A stretch of 63,807 nt of DNA, filler included, from an uncultured Acidimicrobiia bacterium (GTDB taxonomy: Bacteria > Actinomycetota > Acidimicrobiia > Spongiisociales > JAOTWH01): assembly GCA_964347285.1 (NCBI GenBank). It is 3 parts of 3 records of this genome, joined end to end, with 100 filler letters (N's around TTAATTAATTAA, not from the genome) between each part and the next. Parts side by side here need not be neighbours in the genome. Positions count along the whole stretch, not along the records: positions 1 to 22,292 come from CAYFYE010000038.1; 2 more parts are not named here. One strand, written 5' to 3'. Position numbers and translations under genes: made by a program. Below are positions 9,983 to 19,614 of this stretch, one piece after another. The notes beneath the pieces were generated by a model that was not told where the DNA came from, made no database searches, and saw nothing but the letters and a program-made list of their open reading frames with translations. Within the stretch, counting starts at the first letter, position 1; each line of letters opens with the position of its first letter.

Positions 9983-10403
9983 AGATGCCCCTTTCCCCGT
10001 TTCCTCGACGGTGCTTACCTAGGACGAGGTCGTCGTGGCCTCGTCGCTTTGTTGCCCGATGGCGTTGACCTCAGCTCCCCGCGATATGGGCAGAGCCGTG
10101 CAACACCGCAAAAGCTACACCTCTACGCAGAGTGGTGTCGGCTCACAGTGCCCAGGCGCCGACTGCGCCAGATCAGGGGAGGCCTCCGCCCGGTGGCTGA
10201 ACGTATTGCTACCGCTGAAGGCCTTCGTCGATCACGGTGTCGACCTGCGATCTCACGACCCAACCCGCACCTGGGATGACGGCTACGTCGATCAATGAGC
10301 GGGTTGAGCCGACAAGAGGGGAGTCTGTGCGGCGGGTCCAACCTTCGCGTGGCTCCAGGAGGGCTCGGGACGGGTGACCTCCTCCTGGACCACTCGAGAG
10401 GGT

Positions 10404-11417
10404 TCATGCGCACCACTGGGTTCGGGTCAGTGATGATGCGGTGCGCATCTGCTCGACCATGTCGCCGGTGGACAAGTAACCGGCCGGGTTGGGCACCAGA
10501 ACCACTCGATCGGCGCCCGCCTCCAGCAAGTCGGCAACGGTGTCGGCACAATCCGCGATGTTTCCGGCGGCCACGAAGCGGCCCAGCAAGGGTTCCGGGA
10601 TCTGGGAAGCCCGATTTCCGTCGTGCCCTTCCCGTTCGAAGTGAGCGAGCAGCTCGGCGCCCTCGCTGGAGGCGGTGAGCTGGGGCGAAGCCGCCAACTG
10701 GGTGAGCATCGGTGTGGCCCAGCCGGCGATCCTCTGCTTGGCGTCGACCGGGTCTTCCGCCGATATCGACAGCACACACAGCGCCACCAGTTCGTGTACT
10801 TCGGGCCGATCGGCTCGTGCCCGACCTTCTTCGATGCAGTCCCGGGCCCAGGCCACGTAGCCCGGCGAGCTGAACCATCCCAGCACGGTCCCGTCGGCCA
10901 ATTCGCCGGACAGGCGCAGAGACGCCGGACCGTGGACCCCCAAATAGAGGGGCACCGGGCCGGGCGGGGGGTGGCGGAGACGAACTCCGTCGAAGTGGAA
11001 GTAGTCGCCGTCGCCGGAGACTTCGTCGCCGGCGAGGAGCCGCCGGATGGCGGTGACGGCCTCTCGCAGCGCCCGAAGCGGCGAGGCCGGCTGCAGGCCC
11101 ATCTGGCGCACCCATCCTGGGGCGCCGTGTCCGATCCCGGCCATGAAGCGGTGGGGATGGGCGCCGCCGAGTGTGGCGTACTCCATTGCCGTCACGGCCG
11201 GGTGTCGTGCCACGGCAGAGACCACGCCGAGGCCCACCGGGATTCTCTGGGTGGCGGCCAGAGCCACGCCGGCCGATGAGACGCCGCCCAGCTCGAAGTA
11301 ATCCTCCGCCAACCAGACCTCGCCGTACCCGAGCCCTTCCGCTTCGGAGGCGATTGCTGCTACGTCGCCCGGTCGCGTTGACGCTCCGATCTGAACACCA
11401 ACCCGGGGGCGGTTCAT
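10404..11417 (-). CDS. LLM-class (luciferase-like) flavin/F420-dependent oxidoreductase
   Basis: AEGLGYGEVWLAEDYF, RHPAVTAME, RFMAGIGHG, GELADG. Confidence 0.9.
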   Translation of the reverse strand: MNRPRVGVQIGASTRPGDVAAIASEAEGLGYGEVWLAEDYFELGGVSSAGVALAATQRIPVGLGVVSAVARHPAVTAMEYATLGGAHPHRFMAGIGHGAPGWVRQMGLQPASPLRALREAVTAIRRLLAGDEVSGDGDYFHFDGVRLRHPPPGPVPLYLGVHGPASLRLSGELADGTVLGWFSSPGYVAWARDCIEEGRARADRPEVHELVALCVLSISAEDPVDAKQRIAGWATPMLTQLAASPQLTASSEGAELLAHFEREGHDGNRASQIPEPLLGRFVAAGNIADCADTVADLLEAGADRVVLVPNPAGYLSTGDMVEQMRTASSLTRTQWCA

Positions 11418-11521
11418 GCCACCGTTCCCTCTCTGCCGGTTCACACTGCGGTCGGGCCGGTCCATCGATGCGCGGCAACCCGTCGCAGTGCCGGCCGTCG
11501 GCTTTGCATCGCCGGTTGCGC

Positions 11522-11992
11522 TCAACCCACCGGGGTCTCGACCAGAACCCGTTCCAGTCCGCCGAGGGATCTGCGCATGTCCCGGGCCGTGAGCCTCTCG
11601 ATGAAGAGGAGCTGTTGGAGGGCATCCTGGAAGAAGCCAGCGGGATCGTCGGTATGCACGGTCAGGGTGAGGGTGAACGCACCGGATCCGGCGTCGGCGA
11701 ATCGGCACTCGATGGGCATGGCCGGCAATCCGGTGGTGGTCAGGGTCATCCGCACCAGTTCATCCGCAACCACCTCGTCCAGCACGGCGGTGCCCTGCAT
11801 GGGGAATCCGGGGAGACCGCTCGTGCGGGAATACCGGATCGTGTCGCCCGGCTGCTGCCACACGGCTGCCTCTACGTCGGTCACGTCGAGGGTGGTCCAG
11901 TCTGCCCACGACCCGACGTCCATGAAGTACTCGAATCCGTGGTGCCGAGGTACGGGATAGGTTCGGGACAATTCCACTTGCATGCCTGTCAC
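11522..11992 (-). CDS. SRPBCC (START-like) family protein
   Basis: N-terminal strand, F-E-Y...W..W pattern, C-terminal helix DMRRSLGGLERVL; GGAG SD. Confidence 0.65.
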   Translation of the reverse strand: MTGMQVELSRTYPVPRHHGFEYFMDVGSWADWTTLDVTDVEAAVWQQPGDTIRYSRTSGLPGFPMQGTAVLDEVVADELVRMTLTTTGLPAMPIECRFADAGSGAFTLTLTVHTDDPAGFFQDALQQLLFIERLTARDMRRSLGGLERVLVETPVG

Positions 11993-12370
11993 CTCCGCTT
12001 GGGTGTCCTAGATCTTCGATCGTGACTGTCGCCCCGGTCGATGGGGCAGGGGCGAACGGCCGGAATCGGAGATACCAACGGCTCTATCCGGTCCTCAGAC
12101 CACTTGGAGCTCGGTGGAGCGGCCCATTGTCCATCGCTAGATCGCGTGACGGTCTCCGCCCGGACAGATCGTCGGCGCCGGGCGTTCGGGGGGTCAGGCC
12201 CCGGGGGGTTCAGCCTCCCACTATGCGCAGCCTGTCACTTCCGGCGATGCAGGTGCCAGCGAAGGTCTGGCCGGTCAGCGCTCTCACTGTGGAACCGTGC
12301 GTGAGGGCGGTGTTCCCCGAGTCGGAAGTGCAAGAGAAGATCGAGGTCCCCGTCGCCGTCCGCGTCCCGC

Positions 12371-13489
12371 CTAGTGCTGGTGTTGACCACCGCCGATGTC
12401 TGGGTTCAGCTGGAGCATGATGCCCAGCGTGTTCCTCGTCTCCCAGATCTCTGCGATCTGACCGTCCTCGATGCGGTACATCGACAAGCCGGTGTAGTCG
12501 ACTGGTTCGCCCGTCGGAGGAAGCATCAAGAACGAGCCCCTCGACGTGCCCCGTGCCGTCCAGCGCACCGCAACGATGTCGCCCTGGGCGACTGAGGCGT
12601 CATCGACAATGCTCAGATCGGGAAACGCCTCCCAGGCCTCCCTCAGCCAGCCGCTTACACCACCGATGCCGTAGAAGCTGGCTTCGCAAGGCATGGCCGT
12701 GGCATGGATGAGGATGTCCGGCGAAGCGATCTCGACCAGAGTATCCAGATCACGTCTGTTCAACACGTGCTCGAAGAATCGCAAGACCACCGCCAGGCTG
12801 AGGTCCGCATCCACCGACAAGGCACCCGCAAACGGCGGGATGGTGGGGAACTCGTGGGATCGCACCAGCGACAGAGCGTCGGCTTTGGCCCGGTAGATCT
12901 CGAGCGTGCGCACCTTGGCATCTTCGGCGTACTGGGGAGGCCCCATCGCCACGACGACATCACCGAAGGCGGTCACGTTGTCGTACTCCAGACCGGCGGT
13001 GTTGACGGTCTTCCGGAAAAGCTCGATGTTCGCCGTCTCGACATCGCTGAGCGGGCGGGGCGGCGGTGACGGCGCGGCGCCCATCTGCTGAGCCTCCGCC
13101 AGCGGATCCATTCCAAACCACCCCTCAGCCACCTTGCCGTCCCGGAGGCGCACGATGTTCACCATGCCGTACTCCAGCCATTCCCCGGTCGGGGGAATGC
13201 CCTGATGGGGATTACCGGTGAAATGGCCGTAGGTGGGCAGCAGCACCGCCAGCAGGTCGCCCTCCGTGATCATGATCGGGATCGGATGCCATGAGTCCGG
13301 CAGTGCAGATTTGAAGTGCGACCACACGGCGATCATGCCTTCCGGTCCCAGCTGGTTGGTGCCGCCGATCGGATGATGCAGGACGAAGTCGGTGGCAACC
13401 ACCTCCCGGACGGCTTCCCAATCGTCCGTGTTGAAGCCCTCGATGAACCGGGTTGCGGCCGCCCTGTTGGTCTCGCTGATGCTGGTCAT
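12371..13489 (-). CDS. Tandem SnoaL-like ester cyclase domain protein
   Basis: Two NTF2/SnoaL domains (HQGIPPTGE...RLRDGKVAEGW; FLMLPPTGE...RIEDGQIAEIW); AAGGAGG SD. Confidence 0.85.
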   Translation of the reverse strand: MTSISETNRAAATRFIEGFNTDDWEAVREVVATDFVLHHPIGGTNQLGPEGMIAVWSHFKSALPDSWHPIPIMITEGDLLAVLLPTYGHFTGNPHQGIPPTGEWLEYGMVNIVRLRDGKVAEGWFGMDPLAEAQQMGAAPSPPPRPLSDVETANIELFRKTVNTAGLEYDNVTAFGDVVVAMGPPQYAEDAKVRTLEIYRAKADALSLVRSHEFPTIPPFAGALSVDADLSLAVVLRFFEHVLNRRDLDTLVEIASPDILIHATAMPCEASFYGIGGVSGWLREAWEAFPDLSIVDDASVAQGDIVAVRWTARGTSRGSFLMLPPTGEPVDYTGLSMYRIEDGQIAEIWETRNTLGIMLQLNPDIGGGQHQH

Positions 13490-13720
13490 GACAATCCCTC
13501 CTTCCGGTTGGCCTCCGTTTCCCCCGCCCCAGAGCTTCCTCCTGCGGTGGTCTGCTCGTTAGAGGCGAACGGTCACTGCATCAGGGCCTTTGCGAAGGTG
13601 CCGCCTGTGTAGACGATCGTGATCTCGTAGTAGCTCCCGCTTGCCAGGGAAATCGAGTGCCTGACGCCCGATGCCAGGGCGGACCAGGGCTCACGCCAGC
13701 AGGTGCCGGCTCGCTGCCGA

Positions 13721-14728
13721 TTAGCCGCGGACGGCGGCCGGCTGCACCTCGTTGCCCGACGGCCGGCCGGACGAGTAGGCGTCGACGTTGGCGAGCGTCG
13801 TTTCGGCGATCTGGACCATGGCGTTGTGGGTGAAGAAGGCCTGGTGGCCGGTGATCAGCACGTTGGGAAAGGTGAGCAGCCGGGTGAACACGTCGTCCTG
13901 GATGACCTGATCCGACAGGTCCTCGAAGAAGAGGTCACCTTCCTCCTCGTAGACGTCCAGCCCCAGGTGTCCGATGCGGCCGTCCTTCAGTGCGGCGATG
14001 ACCGCCTCGGTGTCGACGAGCGGCCCCCGGCTGGTGTTGATCAGCATGACCCCGCGCCGCACCCGCTGCAGCGCCTCGTCGTCGATGAGGTGGTGGGTGT
14101 CGGGGGTGAGGGGGCAGTGGAGGGTGATGATGTCGGAGCGGGCGAGGAGATCCTCGAGTCCCACGTAGGTGACGCCGAGCGACCGGGTCCGGTCGTTGGG
14201 GTGGAGGTCGTAGGCCAGGACGCTGCAGCCGAAGCCTTTGAGGATCTGTGCCACGATGTGGCCGATCTTGCCGGTGCCGACGATGCCCACGGTGCGGTCG
14301 TGAAGATCGAATCCCTTCATCCCTTCCAGGGAGAAGTTGCCCTCGCGCACCCGGCTGTAGGCCCGGTGGTACTTGCGGTCGAGGGCCAGGATCATGCCGA
14401 CGGTGAACTCGGCGACGGCGTGCGGGGAGTAGGCCGGTACCCGGGTCACGGTGACGCCGAGCTCGTCGGCGGCTTCCAGGTCGACGTGGTTGAACCCGGC
14501 CGATCGCAGCGCCAGCAGCCGGGTGCCGTCGGCATGGAGCCGCTCCAGCACCGGGCGTGACGCGACGTCGCTCACGAAGATACAGACGGCCGGTGCCCCG
14601 CCGGCCAGGGGAGCGGTCTCCTCGTTCAACCGCGACTCGAGAAAGACGAGTTCGTGGCCGTGCTTCTCGTTGGCCGCCACGAGGTACTGCCGGTCGTATG
14701 GCTTGGTGCTGAAGACGGCGATCCGCAT
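13721..14728 (-). CDS. ldhA: D-lactate dehydrogenase (D-2-hydroxyacid dehydrogenase)
   Basis: ALRSAGFNHVD, RVPAYSPHAVAE, GTGKIG, INTSRG, LDVYEEE, LITGHQAFFT. Confidence 0.92.
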   Translation of the reverse strand: MRIAVFSTKPYDRQYLVAANEKHGHELVFLESRLNEETAPLAGGAPAVCIFVSDVASRPVLERLHADGTRLLALRSAGFNHVDLEAADELGVTVTRVPAYSPHAVAEFTVGMILALDRKYHRAYSRVREGNFSLEGMKGFDLHDRTVGIVGTGKIGHIVAQILKGFGCSVLAYDLHPNDRTRSLGVTYVGLEDLLARSDIITLHCPLTPDTHHLIDDEALQRVRRGVMLINTSRGPLVDTEAVIAALKDGRIGHLGLDVYEEEGDLFFEDLSDQVIQDDVFTRLLTFPNVLITGHQAFFTHNAMVQIAETTLANVDAYSSGRPSGNEVQPAAVRG

Positions 14729-14774
14729 CGTTGGCACAGCCTAGGGAGGCCGCCGTCGAACCCGCTCGAAACTC

Positions 14775-14925
14775 GTTTCCTCCCGGAGGGGGAGGTGCCT
14801 ATGACCCCTCTCGCCTCGTCGCTGCGCTCCTCGGCACTCCCCCCAAACGCTCGCTTCGCTCGCTGGGGGGACCGACGGCGCGTTTCCTCCCGGAGGGGGA
14901 GGTGGCCCTAAAGGCCGGAGGGGGC
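14775..14925. repeat. REP-like palindromic repeat cluster 2
   Basis: Two GTTTCCTCCCGGAGGGGGAGGTG modules flanking CTCCCCCCAAACGCTCGCTTCGCTCGCTGGGGGG. Confidence 0.88.
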
Positions 14926-15599
14926 GGCGCTCCACGCGGAAGCCCTCCTGCCCAGCCCTCGAGCACGGCGGAGCGGTTCGAGGCGTCCGGTGCGGCCTCG
15001 ATCAACGGCCGGGATAGCAGCACAATCCGCAGAAGAAACGGCCAGCCGGGGATCAGTTTCTTGTATCCGTTCACGATCGCGCCGGTCCACGAGTTCTTCA
15101 GATGTACGATTCGCCCCAGCGCCCGACCGGGTCGGCCGATCCGGCGGTGACATCCAGCGACGAGGTTCCTCGACCACCACCCATTCTGCTGCGGAGATCT
15201 GGAAGGGATGAGATCGCCCGCGAATCCGAAAGCCATCGCCGGCGAGCGCATCCGCACTGCCGCGGTTGCCCTCCAGGACTACTCCCGGACTCCGGAAGCT
15301 ACCGGCTCGCGACGCCATGCCGATGCGGCGCCAGAGGCGGAATCGATTGTCGAAGTACCGGCCGTGAACCAACGTTGTGGTGGCAGGACCGGGAGAAGGT
15401 CGCCGGCCTATTGGGAGGCGCCGCAGGGGTGCCCCTCGATCGCCGCAATTCATGCTCCGAACCAGGCGGCCGGCCCAGGTGTCGAGTCGACCTCGCCGGG
15501 CTGCTCGTCCAACTCGAGGTCGATTCTGCTGGTACACGGTCGGGCGGTCCGGCCCGATGCCGCCTCTCGTGGCCGCCGGCTCTCTCCGGGTAGGTGTGT

Positions 15600-17480
15600 A
15601 TGAGCGATCGGCGGCCCCCCGGGTATTTGCTGCTGTTGTCGGTCGGTGCCCTCGGGATCGTCTACGGCGACATTGGCACGAGTCCCTTGTACGCGTTCCG
15701 GGAAGCCTTCGTGGCGGCGGAGGGCCTGCAGGTGACTCGTGACAGCGTCCTCGGGATCCTGTCTCTGATGTTCTGGGCACTCGTGCTGATCGTTTCGGTC
15801 AAGTATCTGGCGTTCGTGATGCGCGCCGACAACCACGGTGAGGGAGGCATTATGGCGCTGACGGCCCTGCTTGCGCCGACCGGGCTGCGGAAGGCGCGGG
15901 GGCTTCGGTGGGCGTTGATTCTCATCGGGTTGTTCGGCACCGCCCTGCTGTATGGCGACGGCATGATCACGCCGGCGATATCGGTGCTCGCGGCCGTTGA
16001 GGGTCTCGAGGTGTCAGCGCCACGTCTCGAATCATTCGTCGTGCCGCTTGCCGTGTTGATCGTCATCGCGTTATTCGCCATACAACGGCGGGGGACGGCC
16101 GCCGTCGGCGCGTTGTTCGGTCCGGTGATGATCGTGTGGTTCGCGGTGTTGGCAGTGCTCGGTTTGACTCAGATCGCACGGGAGCCAGGTGTGTTTGCCG
16201 CGGTGAATCCGTGGTTCGCCGCTCGGTTTGTTGCCTCGCAGCCCCGGCTGGCATTCTTGGCGTTGGGCGCGATCTTTCTGGTGGTTACGGGGAGTGAGGC
16301 CCTCTACGCCGACATGGGTCACTTCGGGAGACGACCGATCCGTTTGGGCTGGCTCGTCGTGGTGTTTCCCGCGCTGGTGCTCAACTACCTCGGACAGGGT
16401 GCGCTGCTGTTGGTCGACCCTTCCGCTGTCGACAATCCGTTCTACCGGATGCCTCCGGCCTGGGCGTTGATGCCGATGGTCGTGCTGGCGACGGCCGCCA
16501 CAGTCATCGCCTCGCAGGCACTCATTTCCGGGGCGTATTCGCTGACCATGCAAGCGGTCCAGCTCGGGTATCTGCCCAGGGTGCGGATCGATCACACATC
16601 GCCACGTGAGATGGGCCAGGTCTACGTCGCGGCCGTGAACTGGGGCCTCATGCTGGCGTGCGTGGCGCTGGTGGTCGGGTTCGGGTCGTCGACCAACCTG
16701 GCGGCAGCGTATGGGGTTGCGGTGGTGACGACGATGCTGATCACGACGGTGCTGTTGTTCTCAGTGATGAGGGAGCGATGGGGCTGGCCGGCGCCGCTCG
16801 CCGCTGCAGTTACCGGAGTGTTCCTCGTCGTCGATCTCGCGTTCTTCTCGGCCAACATCGTCAAGGTTTCGGCCGGTGGGTGGATCCCGCTCGTGGTCGG
16901 CGCCGGCCTGTTCACGCTCATGACGACTTGGACGCGGGGCCGATCCTTGCTGGCGGCGCGGCTGCGGCGGGGTGAGTTGTCGCTGGAGCGGCTCATCGGC
17001 TCGCTCGCCACCCATCCCCAGGCACGAGTGCCCGGCACGGCGGTGTATCTCTTTCCCGAGCCCGGGGCGGTTCCACCGGCGTTGCTGGCCAACCTGCGCC
17101 ACAACGAGGTGCTTCACGAGACGGTCCTCGTAGTAGCGGTTCGGACGGGGCCCGTTCCCAGGGTCCCGCATGCCGCCCGGGCAGCGGTTCACGAGATGGG
17201 TGAGGGCTTCTATCAGGTCGTGCTGACATACGGTTTCTTCGAGCCGCCCGATGTTCCGTCAGCGCTCAGCACGATCGTTGCAGCCGACTTTGGGTTCGAC
17301 CCAACCGACGCGGTGTACGTTGTCGGTCGCGAAACCGTGATACCTTCGGAACGACCCGGCATGGCTCTGTGGCGGGATCACCTCTTCTCTTTTCTACAAC
17401 GGAATGCCTCTGCCGCCACCGGCCACTTCCAGCTTCCTGTAAACCAGGTCATAGAGGTGGGAAGCCAGGTCGAGATCTGA
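15600..17480 (+). CDS. kup: KUP/HAK/KT potassium transporter
   Basis: GIVYGDIGTSPLYA, RADNHGEGG, YGDGMITPAISV, GSEALYADMGHFG, AAYGVAV. Confidence 0.96.
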   Translation: MSDRRPPGYLLLLSVGALGIVYGDIGTSPLYAFREAFVAAEGLQVTRDSVLGILSLMFWALVLIVSVKYLAFVMRADNHGEGGIMALTALLAPTGLRKARGLRWALILIGLFGTALLYGDGMITPAISVLAAVEGLEVSAPRLESFVVPLAVLIVIALFAIQRRGTAAVGALFGPVMIVWFAVLAVLGLTQIAREPGVFAAVNPWFAARFVASQPRLAFLALGAIFLVVTGSEALYADMGHFGRRPIRLGWLVVVFPALVLNYLGQGALLLVDPSAVDNPFYRMPPAWALMPMVVLATAATVIASQALISGAYSLTMQAVQLGYLPRVRIDHTSPREMGQVYVAAVNWGLMLACVALVVGFGSSTNLAAAYGVAVVTTMLITTVLLFSVMRERWGWPAPLAAAVTGVFLVVDLAFFSANIVKVSAGGWIPLVVGAGLFTLMTTWTRGRSLLAARLRRGELSLERLIGSLATHPQARVPGTAVYLFPEPGAVPPALLANLRHNEVLHETVLVVAVRTGPVPRVPHAARAAVHEMGEGFYQVVLTYGFFEPPDVPSALSTIVAADFGFDPTDAVYVVGRETVIPSERPGMALWRDHLFSFLQRNASAATGHFQLPVNQVIEVGSQVEI

Positions 17481-17537
17481 GCCGTGGTCGACGGGGCTCA
17501 TCGAGGCGCGCTGGGCCCGGCAGGAAATGATCGGATT

Positions 17538-17748
17538 CCCCCCCGGCTTCGCCGGACTCCCCGCAAGGCTCACTCCGTTCGCTGGGGGGAGAAACGGGCG
17601 GAAGGGGCGCGACCCCCCGACGCGAGGCCTTCACAAGCCCCCTCCCGGCTTCGCCGGACTCCCCCCTATCGCTCGCTTCGCTCGCCGGGGTGACCAACGG
17701 CGCGTTTCCTCCCCCGGAGGGGGAGGTGCCTCGAAGAGGCGGAGGGGC
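17538..17748. repeat. REP-like palindromic repeat cluster 3
   Basis: Two CCCGGCTTCGCCGGACTCCCC modules plus an intact GCGTTTCCTCCCCCGGAGGGGGAGGTGCCTCGAAGAGGCGGAGGGG. Confidence 0.9.
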
Positions 17749-17854
17749 CGCTAGTTGCGGGGAGTCCGGTTTGGGGTCTTTGGCCTCTAGAGGGTCGATA
17801 GGGTCGTCCGCAGACTCGTGGGCAAGTAAGTCGACCGTACCGGGGGGTGACGCA

Positions 17855-19036
17855 ATGGGCGGCACGACGACGCTGATTCTGGGCGGAGGCTGGGGTGGGT
17901 TGACCACGGCCCATCATCTTCGGAGCCTCTTGCCGTCCGAACACCGGGTCGTGGTGGTGGAGCGCAGCGACACCTTTGGGTTGGGCGTGTCCAACCTGTG
18001 GCTCATGACCGGTGAGCGGGATGGCCTCGATGCGGTGCGGCGGCCGATGGACAAGCTCAAGCGGTCCGGCATCGAATGGATCCGTGCCGATGTGCGCGGC
18101 CTCGATCCCGTTGCCCGCACGGTGGACACGGATGCCGGCCCGCTGGCCGGGGACTACCTGGTACTGGCACTCGGTGCCGAGCTGGCGCCCGGGTCCGTGC
18201 CGGGGTTCTCGGAGGCCGCCTACAACCTGTACGAGGCCGAAGGAGCACTGGAGCTGCACCAGGCGCTCGAAGACTTCGACAGCGGCAGCATCGTCGTGCT
18301 CGTCGCCGGTGCACCCTTCCGCTGCCCGGCCGCTCCCTACGAAGCGGCAATGCTCATCGAGTCCATGGCTCGGGCGCGCGGCATTCGGGACCAGATCGAG
18401 CTGTCCATCTACACGCCTGAGCCGCATCCCATGCTCGTCACCGGACCGGCGGTCGGTGAGGCGCTCGAGGGCATGCTGGCCGACCGGGGAGTCGCCTACC
18501 ACCCGCAACAACTGGTGAAGAGCATTGATCCTGGTTCGCGCACCCTCCATTTCGAGCAGCAGACCGTGCCCTGCGATCTGCTCGTGGGGATTCCACCCCA
18601 CCGGGCCCCGGCGGTGATGGCCGACGCCGGGCTCATCGACGACAGTGGCTACGTGCCGGTCCACCCGCAGACCCTCGAGATCCTTTCCGACCACGAGACC
18701 CTCGAAACTCAGTATCCGGGGGTGTTCGCCATCGGCGATGTGGCCGCCGTCAGGCTGCTCAATTCGATGCTGCTCCCCAAGGCCGGGGTTTTTGCCGAGA
18801 GTCAAGCGCAGGTGGTGGCCGCTGCGATCGCCGCCGACATCCAGGGTGAGGCCCGGCCGGGCGTATTCGACGGACACGGCTTCTGCTACGTCGAGATTGG
18901 CGACGGGCTGGCCGCCCACGGCAGCGGGGACTTCTATGCCTACCCCGCTCCCCGGGTGACCCTCGAGCAACCCTCTGCCGAGGCCCGAAGAGCCAAAGAG
19001 CAGTACGAGGACGTGCTGGACACCTGGTTCGAGTAG
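17855..19036 (+). CDS. FAD-dependent oxidoreductase, sulfide:quinone oxidoreductase-like
   Basis: LILGGGWGG, DYLVLALG, CPAAPYE, FAIGD, LPKAGVFA, GFCYVEIG with two catalytic-type Cys. Confidence 0.8.
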   Translation: MGGTTTLILGGGWGGLTTAHHLRSLLPSEHRVVVVERSDTFGLGVSNLWLMTGERDGLDAVRRPMDKLKRSGIEWIRADVRGLDPVARTVDTDAGPLAGDYLVLALGAELAPGSVPGFSEAAYNLYEAEGALELHQALEDFDSGSIVVLVAGAPFRCPAAPYEAAMLIESMARARGIRDQIELSIYTPEPHPMLVTGPAVGEALEGMLADRGVAYHPQQLVKSIDPGSRTLHFEQQTVPCDLLVGIPPHRAPAVMADAGLIDDSGYVPVHPQTLEILSDHETLETQYPGVFAIGDVAAVRLLNSMLLPKAGVFAESQAQVVAAAIAADIQGEARPGVFDGHGFCYVEIGDGLAAHGSGDFYAYPAPRVTLEQPSAEARRAKEQYEDVLDTWFE

Positions 19037-19106
19037 GCCCCTGCTCCCCGGAGGAGGAGGGGCTCCGCTCGCTGGGGGGACCGACGGCGCGTTTCCTCCC
19101 CCGGAG

Positions 19107-19614
19107 CTGTCGCATTTCGCGATGGGTGCGACGCCTGGGCCTTCATGAGGTGAGCTTCTCCTTGGGTCGGATGATGAAAACGGGAGTCCTGCCCCGGTTC
19201 CACTTGCCGCTGTGGCGGCGTTCCCAGTTGTAGTAGGCGAGGTAGTCGTCGAGATCCCGGCGCAATCCGGTGATCGAGGGCTCCAGGTAGCGGGACAGCA
19301 CCGGCAGATCCACCACCTGGGAATCGATGCGCAGGTCCCGCCACCGCCGCCGTGGGACCTCGATCCGGGGATCGGTGCGGAGGCGGGCCCGCCACCGATA
19401 GAAGGTGGAGTGGTGGATCCCGGCCTGGCGACAGGCGGCCCGTTTGTTCTCGGAGCGCTCGATCAGCGCTACCAGCTGGCGTTGATGGCTCAATACGGCA
19501 TCATGGACACTCATCAGCGGCGCACCTCCTGGTGGTTTGTGCTTCCCAAAAGGATGCGCCGCTGGTGCTGTTCGATGCCAACCCGTCGCACCAACGACGC
19601 GACAGGACACCGTT
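19107..19614 (-). mobile_element. Internally deleted, non-autonomous IS481-like element
   Basis: Inverted ends CTGTCGC (19107) / GCGACAG (19605), transposase remnant inside, flanks rejoin into an intact repeat module. Confidence 0.78.
19143..19514 (-). pseudogene. IS481-like transposase remnant: HTH fused in frame to the C-terminal tail, DDE core deleted
   Basis: ACRQAGIHHSTFYRWR (HTH) joined to YLAYYNWERRHSGKWNRGRTP (integrase-core tail); AGGAGG SD. Confidence 0.8.

Noticed and set aside
12210..12370. Coding-like stretches downstream (12210-12370) and upstream (13575-13690) of the SnoaL gene
   Set aside because: No convincing start or RBS and no recognisable family; possibly remnants
268..13489. 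Biosynthetic gene cluster from SnoaL, SRPBCC, LLM and MDR genes
   Set aside because: No core synthase (PKS, NRPS, RiPP precursor or terpene cyclase); genes are scattered in orientation
15200..15595. c-di-AMP (ydaO) riboswitch upstream of kup
   Set aside because: Only a GAATCC-like fragment; the conserved CCGAACCCGTCAGCTAAC-type block is not visible
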